A stretch of DNA of 64,000 bases from Acidimicrobiia bacterium (GTDB taxonomy: Bacteria; Actinomycetota; Acidimicrobiia; Acidimicrobiales; Bin134). The notes under the pieces were generated by a model that ran no database searches, had not been told where the DNA came from, and was given only the letters and a program-made list of their open reading frames with translations. Where the stretch lies: assembly GCA_009843865.1 (NCBI GenBank), contig VYCQ01000014.1, forward strand, positions 23,247 to 87,246, written 5' to 3'. How positions within the stretch are numbered: the first letter of the stretch is position 1; each line of letters opens with the position of its first letter. The position numbers were made by a program, and so were the translations under genes. Shown here piece after piece: positions 46,738 through 61,223 of the stretch.

Positions 46738-47559
46738 TCATAGATTCTGAGCCATGGCGCGCCTTGCCGAACGGCCAAGAATAAAACGTCGCAAAGACCG
46801 GGGAGCCTTGGTGGTCAACACCCCATAAAAACGATTAAGACGACCAGTGATTACTACTGGCCGAGATCGTGCAGCAGCATGCAAAGCTTCTGAAGCCACG
46901 GCTTTGGGGCTTTGCCACCCTACTGAGGGCCAATTGTCCAGATTCCAGCGACCCCGCTCATGGAAGTTGGTGCGGGTTAACCCCGGCATAACGGTGGTGA
47001 TCGCCACACCTGTACCCTTGTGCTCCTCATAGAGAGCTTCACCCAAGCTGCTCACAAAAGCTTTGCTAGCTGCATACACAGCAATGTTAGGTATGGGCTG
47101 AAGGGATGCCACCGATGACACCAATACCACCTGCCCGCCACCTCGCTCAACTAATGCCCGCACTGCGCTATGGGTTAGTTGGGTTAGCGCTATTACGTTC
47201 AAACCGAGGGTCTCATCTACTTCGGCACGCTCTTGCTGCCAAAACGGACATTCATAACCCAAGCCAGCGTTGTTGATCACCAAATCCACCGGTGCTTGAG
47301 CAGAAATCAGCCGCTGCTCCACCTTGGCTAGATCAGCGGGATCGCACAAGTCAGCTTGCATTATCTCCGCTGTTGGAATGTCTATGACTTCTGTGTGTTT
47401 GTCTACAAGCACCAAATCCACGCCAACAGCGGCCAACCGCTGAGCTAACGCCTGACCAATCCCCGAAGCGGCCCCGGTAAGCAACGCCCTATGCCAAATA
47501 CCTTTGAGATCTGTTTGTGTGGGCACTCGACAAAGATAGCTGAGCCTCAATTGCACCAC
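46738..47559 (-). CDS. SDR family oxidoreductase
   Basis: LLTGAASGIG, NNAG and YAASKAF. The start is uncertain. Confidence 0.8.
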   Translation of the reverse strand: MVQLRLSYLCRVPTQTDLKGIWHRALLTGAASGIGQALAQRLAAVGVDLVLVDKHTEVIDIPTAEIMQADLCDPADLAKVEQRLISAQAPVDLVINNAGLGYECPFWQQERAEVDETLGLNVIALTQLTHSAVRALVERGGGQVVLVSSVASLQPIPNIAVYAASKAFVSSLGEALYEEHKGTGVAITTVMPGLTRTNFHERGRWNLDNWPSVGWQSPKAVASEALHAAARSRPVVITGRLNRFYGVLTTKAPRSLRRFILGRSARRAMAQNL

Positions 47560-47574
47560 AGCAATTTGAACACT

Positions 47575-47832
47575 TTAACTAACAATGGCGGTATCGCTCA
47601 GCAGGGAAACGTTGTCATGATGAATCTCCACAAAGCCCCGCTCTACAGCTATGGTTGTCTTAGCACCGTCAACTGTGTACACCCTAATATCGCCAGACAC
47701 CAGCACCCCCAAAAAAGGCATATGACCAGGCTGAAAGGCAATCTCTCCGTCGGTGGTACGGGCTACCACCATCTCGGCGATTCCTGTGTACACAACCTGC
47801 TCTGGAGACACCAGCTCTACAGCAAGGGACAT
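47575..47832 (-). CDS. atpC: F1 ATP synthase epsilon subunit (N-terminal beta-sandwich only)
   Basis: 85 aa with LAVELVSPEQVVY.G....V..T.DGEIAF.PGHMPFL. Lies downstream of atpD. Confidence 0.85.
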   Translation of the reverse strand: MSLAVELVSPEQVVYTGIAEMVVARTTDGEIAFQPGHMPFLGVLVSGDIRVYTVDGAKTTIAVERGFVEIHHDNVSLLSDTAIVS

Positions 47833-47834
47833 GG

Positions 47835-50245
<2,411 letters not shown>

Positions 50246-50248
50246 TGC

Positions 50249-51874
50249 CTAATCCTCTTCTGGACGCTGAATATCGATTTCAGGCAAGGTGTGATCGGCA
50301 TCCACTAAGCCTGCCTCAGCATCTGCTTGAGCTTCAGCCTCAGGCTCATCTCCCTGCGGGGATTCAGAAGATTCAAACTGCTCAGCAAAAGCCGACACGG
50401 CTGCTTCGAGCGCTTGTTCATCCACAGAGCCAGTTTGCGCAATCGATTGCAACAAGTCGCCGTTACGAGCCCTCACCCACTCCAACAGCTCCGACTCAAA
50501 ACGGGCTACGTCTTGAATCGGGATGACGTCTAAGTAGCCGTGAGTGCCTGCGTACAGCGATACAACCTGCTCTTGCACGCCCATGGGCGACTGAATACCC
50601 TGCTTTAATAACTCGGTAAGACGATAACCCCGATCTAGCTGCGCTTGCGACACTGCATCTAAATCAGAACCAAAAGCTGCAAATGCCTCTAACTCGCGAA
50701 ACTGCTGCAAATCAGCCTTGAGGGTGCCGACTGCGGTCTTCATGGCACTAACCTGCGCTGCTGAGCCCACCCTAGAAACCGAGATGCCAACGTCCACTGC
50801 GGGACGTACCCCTGACTTAAACAAATCATCTTGCAAAAAGATCTGTCCATCGGTAATAGAAATCACGTTGGTAGGAATGTAAGCCGACACATCGCCTGCT
50901 TTGGTCTCAATGATGGGCAAAGCGGTGAGCGAACCGGCCCCGCGCTCGTCACTCAACTTGGCAGCGCGCTCTAGCAAACGACTGTGCAGATAAAACACAT
51001 CACCGGGGTAAGCCTCACGCCCGGGCGGTCGACGCAAAAGCAAAGCCATCTGACGGTAAGCCTCGGCCTGCTTTGACAAGTCATCATACACCGCTAAAGC
51101 ATGTTCGCCGTTGTCCATCCAATGCTGACCCATGGCACAACCCGCATACGGTGCCAAGTACTTGAACGGAGCTGGATCAGATGCTGGAGCTACAACCACC
51201 ACCGTATACTCCATAGCACCCCGCTCAGCCAGCGTTGCTACGGCTTGGGCGACGGTAGAGGCCTTTTGTCCGATGGCCACATACACGCACTTCACACCTT
51301 GGCCTTTTTGATTTAAGATGGTGTCTAGAGCAACGGTTGTCTTGCCTGTTTTACGATCGCCGATAATCAACTCCCGCTGACCCCGTCCAATGGGTATCAG
51401 CGAATCAATAGCCTTAATGCCGGTTTGAATAGGTTCATGCACGGGTTTGCGGCCAGTGATGCCAGGGGCCTGCACCTCCATGCGGCGGGTCTCAGCACCT
51501 GTAATTGGGCCCTTGCCATCCACCGGCTCGCCTAAGGCGTTGACCACCCGACCCAACAAAGCCTCACCCACTGGCACCGCCAAAATGTCACCAGTTGATC
51601 GCACAGCTTGGCCCTCTTCAATCTCATCCACCTCACCTAGCACCACTGCCCCGATGGAATCCTCATCTAAGTTCAACGCCAAACCAATGGTGCCGTTTTC
51701 AAACTCCAACATCTCGTTTACTGCGGCACCACCTAAGCCATATATTCGGGCAATGCCGTCACCCACCTCAGTGATCCGACCCACCTGAGCCTGCTCCACC
51801 TCAGGATGAAAGCCCTCTAGATTACGACGGATAGCCTCGGCAATAGAACCGGTGTCTATGGTCAGCTCTGCCAT
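50249..51874 (-). CDS. atpA: F1 ATP synthase alpha subunit
   Basis: GDRKTGKT (Walker A). ATG 51874 has an AGGAG 6 nt upstream. There is an acidic C-terminal tail. Confidence 0.95.
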   Translation of the reverse strand: MAELTIDTGSIAEAIRRNLEGFHPEVEQAQVGRITEVGDGIARIYGLGGAAVNEMLEFENGTIGLALNLDEDSIGAVVLGEVDEIEEGQAVRSTGDILAVPVGEALLGRVVNALGEPVDGKGPITGAETRRMEVQAPGITGRKPVHEPIQTGIKAIDSLIPIGRGQRELIIGDRKTGKTTVALDTILNQKGQGVKCVYVAIGQKASTVAQAVATLAERGAMEYTVVVVAPASDPAPFKYLAPYAGCAMGQHWMDNGEHALAVYDDLSKQAEAYRQMALLLRRPPGREAYPGDVFYLHSRLLERAAKLSDERGAGSLTALPIIETKAGDVSAYIPTNVISITDGQIFLQDDLFKSGVRPAVDVGISVSRVGSAAQVSAMKTAVGTLKADLQQFRELEAFAAFGSDLDAVSQAQLDRGYRLTELLKQGIQSPMGVQEQVVSLYAGTHGYLDVIPIQDVARFESELLEWVRARNGDLLQSIAQTGSVDEQALEAAVSAFAEQFESSESPQGDEPEAEAQADAEAGLVDADHTLPEIDIQRPEED

Positions 51875-51907
51875 TTCACTCCTCACTAAAAAATTGTGCT
51901 CACTGAA

Positions 51908-52432
51908 CTACAGGGAGTCCCGTAGCTGACTCAGGCGATGGCGCACCGAACCGTCAATCACTTCATCGCCAATAGTGGCTACCACCCCGCCCATCACGCT
52001 GGGATCCACGATCACCTTGACATCCACCTGATGTCCTGTGGCTGCGCTGAGCGCGGTAGCTAGACGCTGAGTTTGCTCATCGCTGAGAGCCACCGCGGTG
52101 CGCACCTCAGCCACAGAATAACCCCGCTCTCTAGCGTTTAGCTCAACGGTTTCTCTAGCGATGCCCGCGATATCAGAAGATCGTCCTGCTGCCACGATCA
52201 TGGAAACCATAGCCGTGGTGATGTCAGCAGCTTGACCACCCAGCAGATCTTCCACGATCTGCTGACGCAGAGCGGCAGGGATTTGCCGATCAGATAGCGT
52301 CATACGCAGCTCATCGGAACCCTCAATAGCTCTAGCCACACGGAACAGCTCGTCAGCAACCAAATCAAGGTTTCCCTCAGCCTTGGCTACCGAAACCACC
52401 GCGTCTGCATAGCTGACCGACCGCTCAGACAT
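51908..52432 (-). CDS. atpH: F1 ATP synthase delta subunit
   Basis: 174 aa in the expected operon position, with the GG.V...GD.V.DGS.R..L C-terminal pattern. Confidence 0.85.
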   Translation of the reverse strand: MSERSVSYADAVVSVAKAEGNLDLVADELFRVARAIEGSDELRMTLSDRQIPAALRQQIVEDLLGGQAADITTAMVSMIVAAGRSSDIAGIARETVELNARERGYSVAEVRTAVALSDEQTQRLATALSAATGHQVDVKVIVDPSVMGGVVATIGDEVIDGSVRHRLSQLRDSL

Positions 52433-52448
52433 TTGCTTAACCCTGTAT

Positions 52449-53491
<1,043 letters not shown>

Positions 53492-54274
53492 CTAATGCTG
53501 TGGATGTAACGACCCGCCGATATACACGGCGGTAAGAATTGTGAATATGAATGCCTGAAGAGCCGAAACAAAGATCTCAAAAGCGGTAATCAAGATAAGA
53601 GCAAAAAACGGCAGTGCCGCAGGAATAAAACCCGCACCCCACAGTGCTGCCGATAAAACTGCAAACGACACCAACAGCAAGTGGCCTGCCACCATGTTAG
53701 CCCAAAGTCGGATAGCCAGCGACAACGGCCGGATCAGCAGTATCTGTAGAAGCTCAATGGGTGCCACCAAAATGTAAAGCGGCCAAGGAACCCCCGGAGG
53801 AAACAAAGAGCCCTTGAAATAGCCAAAGAACCCTTGAGTGCGGATGCCCACATAGTGATAGATAACCCACACCACCAATGCTAGAGCCAAAGGTATGGCC
53901 ATGCGAGAATTGGCAGGGAACTGAACAAGCGGAATGACACCAAAGATGTTGCTGAAAAAAATGAAGAAGAACATCGTGGTCAACAGCGGCAGGTAGCGCC
54001 GGCCGTCAGGACCGATGGTCTGCATGATGATGTTGCTCTCCACAAACTCAATGCCGGTTTCAGCCACCGTTTGGGCACCAACGGGCACCAGCGCCCGCCG
54101 ACGACCAGCCGCCCAAAACAATCCCGCGGTAAGCAACAAGGCTAAAACATAAATTGCCCCTGTCTTGTTAAGGGCCACAGGAGTATCGGTGAACAAAAAG
54201 TCAGGCCACTCAAACAGATGTGTGACCGGCGGAAACTCCAGGGCTAGCACGTTCATCATGGCTGAGCCATCCAA
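53492..54274 (-). CDS. atpB: Fo ATP synthase a subunit
   Basis: Multi-TM protein with LSLAIRLWANMVAGH (essential Arg). Confidence 0.92.
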   Translation of the reverse strand: MDGSAMMNVLALEFPPVTHLFEWPDFLFTDTPVALNKTGAIYVLALLLTAGLFWAAGRRRALVPVGAQTVAETGIEFVESNIIMQTIGPDGRRYLPLLTTMFFFIFFSNIFGVIPLVQFPANSRMAIPLALALVVWVIYHYVGIRTQGFFGYFKGSLFPPGVPWPLYILVAPIELLQILLIRPLSLAIRLWANMVAGHLLLVSFAVLSAALWGAGFIPAALPFFALILITAFEIFVSALQAFIFTILTAVYIGGSLHPQH

Positions 54275-54320
54275 GCGAGCAGCGCTAAGATAGAACTAGC
54301 CAACAGCGTGTCTGCAATGT

Positions 54321-54743
54321 TCACGAACGAACTCCTTGTGGCTGCAAACCAGGGTGTGCGAGGGACATGGATACGTAACGGATCTCCCAAACAAGCAAAA
54401 CAATATGGGCTACCACCAGGGTGATGGCAAACGGCAGCACCTCAAACCAGCCAATATTTTTTACCAAAAAATACGCACCTGTGAGCATGCCCAGACGAAT
54501 GAAGTAGCCGCCCATAACCCCAACCATCAACATTGTGGGGGAAATCTGAAACGACCAAGCGATAAACGAGGCAGCCAACCAAAAATTGAACAAGATCAAT
54601 CCCAAGGCATACCCGCTAGACCAGAGCCCATCTAAGCCCCACACGCCCATGCAGATTCCCACCAACACCCCGCCCCCCATCAAACCACGACGTACTATGT
54701 CTTTGGCTATGGCCAACTCGGGTGCCTCAACCTGCTCAGTCAC
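54321..54743 (-). CDS. atpI: ATP synthase protein I-like membrane protein
   Basis: Four hydrophobic segments in the operon position upstream of atpB. GTGA overlap with the upstream ORF gives GTG 54743 as the start. Confidence 0.6.
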   Translation of the reverse strand: MTEQVEAPELAIAKDIVRRGLMGGGVLVGICMGVWGLDGLWSSGYALGLILFNFWLAASFIAWSFQISPTMLMVGVMGGYFIRLGMLTGAYFLVKNIGWFEVLPFAITLVVAHIVLLVWEIRYVSMSLAHPGLQPQGVRS

Positions 54744-55117
54744 TTGATGTCTCCAGAATGCGGTACATCTGCGACTTGGATCACTGGGGCTTGGTTCTCT
54801 GGCACTAAACATGTCGGAGGTGCCTGAGGGGATTGCTGATTAGCCAATGCGGCCTCAAAGCGATGACTAGGAAGCTGCTGATTATATCGATTCATCTGCT
54901 CAGAATAAGTTCTCAACGCTCGCCAACCTGCGTAAACGGCGGTGAACAGACCCAAGACCAAGGTAAACAACGGTGCAGTACCCAGCGCTCCGTCAATTAA
55001 CCAACCGAAAAAGGCAAACAGCGCTGGAGTGGCTACCAACTCAAAGGCAACCGATAGAGCATCGCCTGCGCGGTAGCGGTCTTGGATTTGACTGTGCTGC
55101 GTCGTTGCAGTTGACAC
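54740..55117 (-). CDS. AtpZ/AtpI-family small membrane protein
   Basis: Two TM segments (FELVATPALFAFFGWLIDG..., LFTLVLGLFTAVYAGW) at the head of the atp operon. Confidence 0.55.
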   Translation of the reverse strand: MSTATTQHSQIQDRYRAGDALSVAFELVATPALFAFFGWLIDGALGTAPLFTLVLGLFTAVYAGWRALRTYSEQMNRYNQQLPSHRFEAALANQQSPQAPPTCLVPENQAPVIQVADVPHSGDIK

Positions 55118-55310
55118 GAAATGAGCCCCTATGGGGATGTTAAGCGGATTGACCTTGGATGAGTGTAAACCATCAATAACGGTTCACTGCTTAATGGTTC
55201 CTTATCACACAGCGCAGGGCCAAATTATCGGCTACCTATCTAACATCGGCTGTGCTGATTTTGGGTTATTTTGCTTATGCAAGAATCGTGCAGCTTGTAG
55301 GAAAGATATT

Positions 55311-56417
55311 TCAGCTTGTACGACGACGCAATACAGGATGAAACACAGTGTAAAGCATCAACACCAGCACGGCCGCAACAGGCAGCATGATAGCTTCTCC
55401 TCCACCGGTATAGGTAGAATAGAGCACAAGGGTAGACATCAGGGCTGTAAACAACCACAAGATCAGCACGCTGCGACGGTGTCCATGACCCAATCTCATC
55501 AACCGATGATGCATGTGTTCTTTATCAGGAGCGGTGATGCTGGTGCGGGCTCGGGTGCGACGCAACACCGTCCATACCACATCCACAACTGGCACGGCCA
55601 AGATGATGAGCGGGATAAGCATAGGCGCAAACAAAAAATAAGTCTGACCTGTAAAGGGCTCACTGCTGCGACCGCCTACCGAAACAGTGGAAACCACCAG
55701 CAACGTACCCAAAAACAAAGCTCCACCATCACCCATAAAAATAGTGGCCCGATGAAAGTTCTGCGGAAGAAACCCCAACGCAATCCCACTGGCGATAATC
55801 GCTACTAACGGCCCAATGTTGTTGGGCAAAAGCACCTCCTCATCACTGAGCTTAATGGAATGTACGAAAAAAGTGATACCAGCAATAGCCACAATGCCTG
55901 CCGCCAACCCGTCTAGACCATCAATCAGATTAACGGCGTTCACGATGGCCAACAGCCACAACACAGTCACCACAAAAGCCAGGTCTTGCGACAAGATGAA
56001 CACACCAAGCACGGGCAGCCGCAAGTTCAAGATGGTCACACCTGCGAAAGCCAGAACACTTCCAGCCAACACCATAGTGGCCACCTTGGCAGGTGCCGAC
56101 ATCTCCCTCACGTCGTCATAGGTTCCAAAAACCAACATCACTAAACCAGCGATCACGATACCCACAGGCTCTGATGCAGTGGCAAACACCACATCAAAAT
56201 CACTCATCAGCCAAGCCGCACCCATAGCCGCAGCAAAGCCAACAAACATAGCCACACCGCCTAACAACGCGGTCGATCTTTCATGTACTCGTCTAGCATC
56301 AGGCTCCACCATGAAACCCAAGTGTTCGCTGATGCAACGCATCAGCGGCGTGGTCACAAGCGAAACACCTGTGGCCACCCCAAAAACAATCAAGTAACTG
56401 CTGATACCGGGGGCCAC
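55311..56417 (-). CDS. glycosyltransferase family 4 (MraY/WecA-like undecaprenyl-phosphate GlcNAc-1-P transferase)
   Basis: Polytopic membrane protein with YDD, NAVNLIDGLDGLAAG and FMGDGGALFLG. Confidence 0.85.
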   Translation of the reverse strand: MAPGISSYLIVFGVATGVSLVTTPLMRCISEHLGFMVEPDARRVHERSTALLGGVAMFVGFAAAMGAAWLMSDFDVVFATASEPVGIVIAGLVMLVFGTYDDVREMSAPAKVATMVLAGSVLAFAGVTILNLRLPVLGVFILSQDLAFVVTVLWLLAIVNAVNLIDGLDGLAAGIVAIAGITFFVHSIKLSDEEVLLPNNIGPLVAIIASGIALGFLPQNFHRATIFMGDGGALFLGTLLVVSTVSVGGRSSEPFTGQTYFLFAPMLIPLIILAVPVVDVVWTVLRRTRARTSITAPDKEHMHHRLMRLGHGHRRSVLILWLFTALMSTLVLYSTYTGGGEAIMLPVAAVLVLMLYTVFHPVLRRRTS

Positions 56418-56460
56418 GAGAACGCTGCGCTTAGCTAAATGGCGACACTAGGCCACAGTT

Positions 56461-57708
56461 TCAACTAGCGAACGCATAAGGTCTAAAGCGATCACATAGT
56501 TCGCTCACCTCTGAACGAACCGCGCTCAGAGTCCTATGATCTTCGCTGTGACGCAGGGTTCGACCAATCAGCTTGCTTATTTGAGCCATTTCAGTTGCAC
56601 CCATACCTTGTGTGGTGGTGGCTGGCGTACCAATGCGCAATCCGCTGGTCACAAAAGGCGAACGTGGATCGTCAGGCACGGTGTTCTTATTGAGGGTGAT
56701 ACCAGCCAGGTCCAACACCTCTTGGGCTTGTTTGCCGGTGAGATCCTCATCAAAGGTGCGTAGGTCTACTAGCAGCAAATGGTTGTCGCTACCACCGGAT
56801 ACCAGGCGAAACCCTTCTGCGGCTAAACCCTTGCCCAATTCAGTACTGTTTTGCACAATTTGGCTGGCATAATCTGCGAACTCTGGGGTAGCAGCCTCGG
56901 CGAAGGCTACCGCCTTAGCAGCAATAGCATGCTCTAGAGGGCCACCTTGTAAGCCTGGAAAGATGGCCTTATCGATGACTGAAGCTAGCTCAGTAGTACA
57001 TAAAATAGCCCCACCGCGCGGACCGCGCAGCGTTTTGTGTGTGGTGAAGGTAACAATGTCAGCATAAGGCACCGGACTGGGGTGGATGCCTCCCGCGATC
57101 AAACCAGCTATGTGAGCTGCATCAAACATGTAAAGGGCACCCACCTCGTCGGCAATAGCCCGAAACGGAGCAGGATCAATGGTACGGGCATAAGAGGTTG
57201 CACCGGCCACGATCAACTTAGGGTGGTGCTTAAGGGCTAAATCTCTGACTTGGTCGTAGTCGATGCGCTCGTCGCTAGATGTTACCCCATAAGACATAAA
57301 GTTGTAGTTGCGCCCGCTGATGTTCACCGGTGAGCCGTGGGTGAGGTGCCCGCCATGATCTAGGCTCATCCCCAACACGGTGTCACCCACTTCTAGCACT
57401 GCCAAATAAACAGCAAGGTTGGCATTGGCACCAGAATGAGGTTGCACGTTGGCATGTTCGGCCCCGAACAACGTGCTCAGACGCTCGCGAGCGATGGACT
57501 CCACCTCATCTATAACCTGGTTGCCACCGTAGTAGCGCCGCCCTGGATAACCCTCGCTGTACTTGTTGGTGAGCACCGAACCTGAAGCCCGCAGCACAGC
57601 TGGAGATGCAAAGTTCTCAGAAGCGATGAGTTGAAGGGTGGTGTTTTGACGCTCTACCTCGCGCTCAATCATCTCAAACACGACATCGCTGCCGCTGTCT
57701 GGCCACAT
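56461..57708 (-). CDS. glyA: serine hydroxymethyltransferase
   Basis: [21 protein letters not shown] and [12 protein letters not shown] (PLP Lys). Confidence 0.95.
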   Translation of the reverse strand: MWPDSGSDVVFEMIEREVERQNTTLQLIASENFASPAVLRASGSVLTNKYSEGYPGRRYYGGNQVIDEVESIARERLSTLFGAEHANVQPHSGANANLAVYLAVLEVGDTVLGMSLDHGGHLTHGSPVNISGRNYNFMSYGVTSSDERIDYDQVRDLALKHHPKLIVAGATSYARTIDPAPFRAIADEVGALYMFDAAHIAGLIAGGIHPSPVPYADIVTFTTHKTLRGPRGGAILCTTELASVIDKAIFPGLQGGPLEHAIAAKAVAFAEAATPEFADYASQIVQNSTELGKGLAAEGFRLVSGGSDNHLLLVDLRTFDEDLTGKQAQEVLDLAGITLNKNTVPDDPRSPFVTSGLRIGTPATTTQGMGATEMAQISKLIGRTLRHSEDHRTLSAVRSEVSELCDRFRPYAFAS

Positions 57709-57748
57709 AGTAGAACTACCTTCCTTGCCTGTTTAATATCATTTTGGC

Positions 57749-58231
57749 CTACTCGGGGTAAGTTGCTGTAGTTGGTGACGAGGCAGGCAAAAGAGCATCA
57801 ATCTTGGCCACTCTAGGAGTGTGTCGTCCACCTTCAAAAGAAGCCTCTAAAAAAGCATCCACTGCTTCTATAGCCACTGTTGAATCAATTAACCGTTCTC
57901 CCAAACAAATGACGTTGGCATCATTATGTTGACGGGTCAAGCGAGCTGAGATCACGTCATGGACAGTAGCAGCACGCACTCCAGGCACCTTATTGGCTGC
58001 CATCGCAATACCTATGCCAGTGCCACAAACGCACACCCCCAACTCAGCCTCACCAGCGGACACTTTGCGGGCTACAAGCTCTCCGTAGTCAGGGTAATCC
58101 ACACGATCAAGGCCGTAGGTACCACAATCAACCACCTCATGGCCTGCATCACGCAAATAAGCTACCAATACATCCTTCAACTGCACCCCAGCGTGGTCGG
58201 CCCCCGCAGCTATGCGCGCCATAGGGCTCAT
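57749..58231 (-). CDS. rpiB: ribose-5-phosphate isomerase B
   Basis: ARIAAGADHAG...CGTGIGIAMAANK...R.HNDANV. Confidence 0.9.
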   Translation of the reverse strand: MSPMARIAAGADHAGVQLKDVLVAYLRDAGHEVVDCGTYGLDRVDYPDYGELVARKVSAGEAELGVCVCGTGIGIAMAANKVPGVRAATVHDVISARLTRQHNDANVICLGERLIDSTVAIEAVDAFLEASFEGGRHTPRVAKIDALLPASSPTTATYPE

Positions 58232-58785
58232 GCTACTTCCACGACCCCTTGGCGAAGGATATAGAGCCCATCTTGAGCCACTTCGACAACGGTAGATGCT
58301 GGTGCCCTGAGTCGTCCGCCATCAATCACAAGTTGCACAGCGGGAAATGGAGCTGAAGCCTCAGCCGCAGTGTGGGGAGTGGGCTGTCCACTGAGATTAG
58401 CGCTGGTGGTAGCAACAGGGCCGACCACCGAAGCTAGAGCTTGCACGAGGGGGTGGTCGGGACAACGCACACCACAGCCATCTTGAACAATGGTGAGCGC
58501 TCCCGGCCAGTGCTGTTCCATAAGCCGACGAGTGGTGGGAAACGGATTGAACAGCATCTCGGCATCAACAGGGCGAGCCACCAAGATGGCCACTGCTTTA
58601 TGCGTCGGGCGTTGTTTAAGCTCAAACAACAAGTCGGTGTTATCAGGCAAGACAGCTAGCCCATACACCGTATCAGTGGGGATAATTACCGCTCTTGCGG
58701 CTCGCAACTCCGCAGCAGCGAGCTTTACTAATTCAGCTTGGTTGCTGCGGCTCAAGGTTTGCAACGACTGTACCAATGCCTGCAC
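58228..58785 (-). CDS. tsaC: L-threonylcarbamoyladenylate synthase (YrdC/Sua5 domain)
   Basis: VIIPTDTVYGLA, KQRP..K, HWPGALT and TSANLSG. Confidence 0.85.
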   Translation of the reverse strand: MQALVQSLQTLSRSNQAELVKLAAAELRAARAVIIPTDTVYGLAVLPDNTDLLFELKQRPTHKAVAILVARPVDAEMLFNPFPTTRRLMEQHWPGALTIVQDGCGVRCPDHPLVQALASVVGPVATTSANLSGQPTPHTAAEASAPFPAVQLVIDGGRLRAPASTVVEVAQDGLYILRQGVVEVA

Positions 58786-59721
58786 TTATTCCTTATCAAG
58801 CACGCAGCTAGTGCCACGCGAACACCGCAACACCCGCTCACGCCCTACCAAATCCTTATGTACTGCTTCTACCACCAAATCACTTGCTGTCGCTAGCTTG
58901 GCAGCAGCAAGCATCTGAGACGGCGCTAACTCTAGCAATACCTGCCCACGGGGACTTAGCCACCTAGTTGCTTCGGCCAATATCTGACGAGCAGCGTCCA
59001 GCCCATCCATACCCCCTCGCAGAGCCAGCGTTGGCTCCCAGTCGGCCACGTTGAGAGGCAGAACCTCATCATCGCGCACATACGGTGGATTACTCACCAC
59101 CACATCCACCTTTCCAGCTAGCGAATTGGGCAAAGCTTCATACCAGGAACCCTGATAAACCGATACCCTGCCCGCAGCCCTGCCCAATCCAGCTAGGTTG
59201 GCTTGAGCAACAGTTAGCGCTTCTACTGAAACATCCGTCAACACCACTTGAGCCATTGCACACTCAGCCGCCACCGCCAAGCCCACCGCACCGCTACCCG
59301 TACCCAAATCGACAACTAAAGTTCCGGGCGAATCCCGGCGGACCAGCTCAGCAATAACCAAACCTGCCAATATCTCAGTCTCTGGACGAGGGATTAACAC
59401 CGCGTTGTTTACCAACAAATCCAAGCCGCGAAAACTCCAGCGGCCCAGCACATACTGCAAAGGCTCTCCAGCTAAGCAACGAGCCAACATAGCTTCAAGA
59501 CGAGCCGCCTGCTGGCGTGTAGGGCTCTGAGCCAGAACCCCGAAATATTCGCTACCTTCAAATCCTGAGACTTCCTCCACCAAGCGGCGAGCCTGCGTAT
59601 CAGCATCGCTAGTTCCTATGGCCACCAACCGCGCTGCGACGTTAGACACAACCTGCCCCCACACCATCTTTTTTGAAACCATCTTCTTTGCAACAGCCAC
59701 CCCCGGCGTAACAGGGCTCAT
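58786..59721 (-). CDS. prmC: release factor glutamine methyltransferase
   Basis: DLGTGSGAVGLA and VVSNPPYV. Lies downstream of prfA. Confidence 0.88.
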   Translation of the reverse strand: MSPVTPGVAVAKKMVSKKMVWGQVVSNVAARLVAIGTSDADTQARRLVEEVSGFEGSEYFGVLAQSPTRQQAARLEAMLARCLAGEPLQYVLGRWSFRGLDLLVNNAVLIPRPETEILAGLVIAELVRRDSPGTLVVDLGTGSGAVGLAVAAECAMAQVVLTDVSVEALTVAQANLAGLGRAAGRVSVYQGSWYEALPNSLAGKVDVVVSNPPYVRDDEVLPLNVADWEPTLALRGGMDGLDAARQILAEATRWLSPRGQVLLELAPSQMLAAAKLATASDLVVEAVHKDLVGRERVLRCSRGTSCVLDKE

Positions 59722-59777
59722 TGCTACCTTATAATCCCCATGCTCATAGCCTGTCTGCTATGGCACTCATAGCCGAT

Positions 59778-60845
59778 TCATTGTGAAGTTGAGATCTCCG
59801 GGCGTTCAGCACCAGCCAAAGCCTCCACCACCTCATCCAAATCACCAGCCAAAATACGATCTAGCTTGTACAAGGTAAGGCCGATGCGATGATCAGATAC
59901 ACGATTTTCCTTGAAGTTGTAGGTGCGAATTTTCTCTGAGCGACCTCCTCCACCAACTTGATCGCGCCGCTGCTCTGAAAGCTCGTCTTGGAGGCGCTGC
60001 TTTTCAGCCTGCAACAACCGCGCCCGCAACACAGCCATTGCTTTGTTGCGATTTTGGAGTTGACTTTTTTCATCCTGCATGGACACCACCAACCCGGTGG
60101 GCTTATGAGTAACACGCACCGCTGAATCAGTGGTGTTGACCGACTGTCCACCCGGCCCTGAAGAGCGATAAACATCTACCTGTAAGTCCTTCTCGTCAAT
60201 ATGAAGCTCAACCTCTTCGGCCTCAGGCAACACAGACACTGTTGCCGAAGAAGTGTGAACGCGCCCTTGCGACTCGGTAACAGGCACCCGCTGCACACGA
60301 TGCGGACCGCCCTCAAACTTCATCTTGCGCCACACATCTTCGCCCCTCAACATGAACACCACGTCGGTGTAGCCACCCATATCAGAGTTTTGAACGCTCA
60401 TCATCTCTAACTTCCAACGATTCTGGGCGGCATAGGCCTGATACATCTGACACAAATCTCGGGCGAACAGGTTGGCCTCCTCCCCTCCTTCAGCACCTTT
60501 GATCTCCACAATCACGTTCTTGCCATCATTGGGATCTCGAGGCGCTAGTAGCTCTGCTAGTTCAACTTCTACAACCTCAACAGCAGCTTGCGCTTGTTGG
60601 ATCTCGGTTTGAAGGAGGTTTTTTTCGCCAGCATCGGCCTGAACCAACATCTCCGTAGCGACTTCTATGTCGTCTTGCAAGGCCCGGAGTCGCCGCACGC
60701 AACCTGCTTTGGCCTCAAGCGCCTTATAGCGTCGCGCCACAACCGCATAAGCATCTCGATCGGCCTGAAGACTAGGATCAGCTAGCTGTGCTTCAAGCGC
60801 GCTGAACTCGGTCTCTATGTCTTCATAAACAGGATTAAGCGGCAT
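59778..60845 (-). CDS. prfA: peptide chain release factor 1
   Basis: SSGPGGQSVN (GGQ) and the PAT-region equivalent. ATG 60845 lies after the rpmE stop. Confidence 0.92.
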   Translation of the reverse strand: MPLNPVYEDIETEFSALEAQLADPSLQADRDAYAVVARRYKALEAKAGCVRRLRALQDDIEVATEMLVQADAGEKNLLQTEIQQAQAAVEVVEVELAELLAPRDPNDGKNVIVEIKGAEGGEEANLFARDLCQMYQAYAAQNRWKLEMMSVQNSDMGGYTDVVFMLRGEDVWRKMKFEGGPHRVQRVPVTESQGRVHTSSATVSVLPEAEEVELHIDEKDLQVDVYRSSGPGGQSVNTTDSAVRVTHKPTGLVVSMQDEKSQLQNRNKAMAVLRARLLQAEKQRLQDELSEQRRDQVGGGGRSEKIRTYNFKENRVSDHRIGLTLYKLDRILAGDLDEVVEALAGAERPEISTSQ

Positions 60846-60879
60846 CGCCGTAAAGTTTAGATACTCAGCCAACCCTAAC

Positions 60880-61182
60880 TCAGTCGGTGCTGTCAGACCC
60901 TTCGGATTTCTCAGAAGTATCAGGTTTAGCCGCGCGTCTGCGCTGCCCATAGCGACGCTCAAATCGCTCTACACGCCCTGCTGTGTCCACGATCGTCATC
61001 TGACCGGTAAAGAAAGGGTGGCTAGCGCTGGAAATACCCACCTTGGCTAAGGGGTACTCGTTACCGTCTTCCCACACCACAGTTTCGTTGGTGTTAATAG
61101 TAGAACGAGTTAAAAACGATGTGCCTGCCGACGTGTCTTGAAACACCACAAGGCGATATTCAGGGTGAATGTCTTGCTTCAT
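60880..61182 (-). CDS. rpmE: 50S ribosomal protein L31, Cys-less (type B-like) with charged C-terminal tail
   Basis: MKQDIHPEY...SS.SHPF.TG.....DT.GRVE.F..R. No CxxC motif is present. Confidence 0.88.
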   Translation of the reverse strand: MKQDIHPEYRLVVFQDTSAGTSFLTRSTINTNETVVWEDGNEYPLAKVGISSASHPFFTGQMTIVDTAGRVERFERRYGQRRRAAKPDTSEKSEGSDSTD

Positions 61183-61223
61183 GTGTCTCCTAGCATACGG
61201 GTTGCAGCGTCAGTCACTCAACC

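Noticed and set aside
55131-55808. 225-aa plus-strand ORF, and similar long antisense ORFs (e.g. 13406-13855, 15728-16171, 17160-17603, 17525-18028, 34796-35251, 38798-39373, 52605-53105)
   Set aside because: These are shadow ORFs opposite strongly supported genes in GC-rich DNA. Their translations are low-complexity and match no family.
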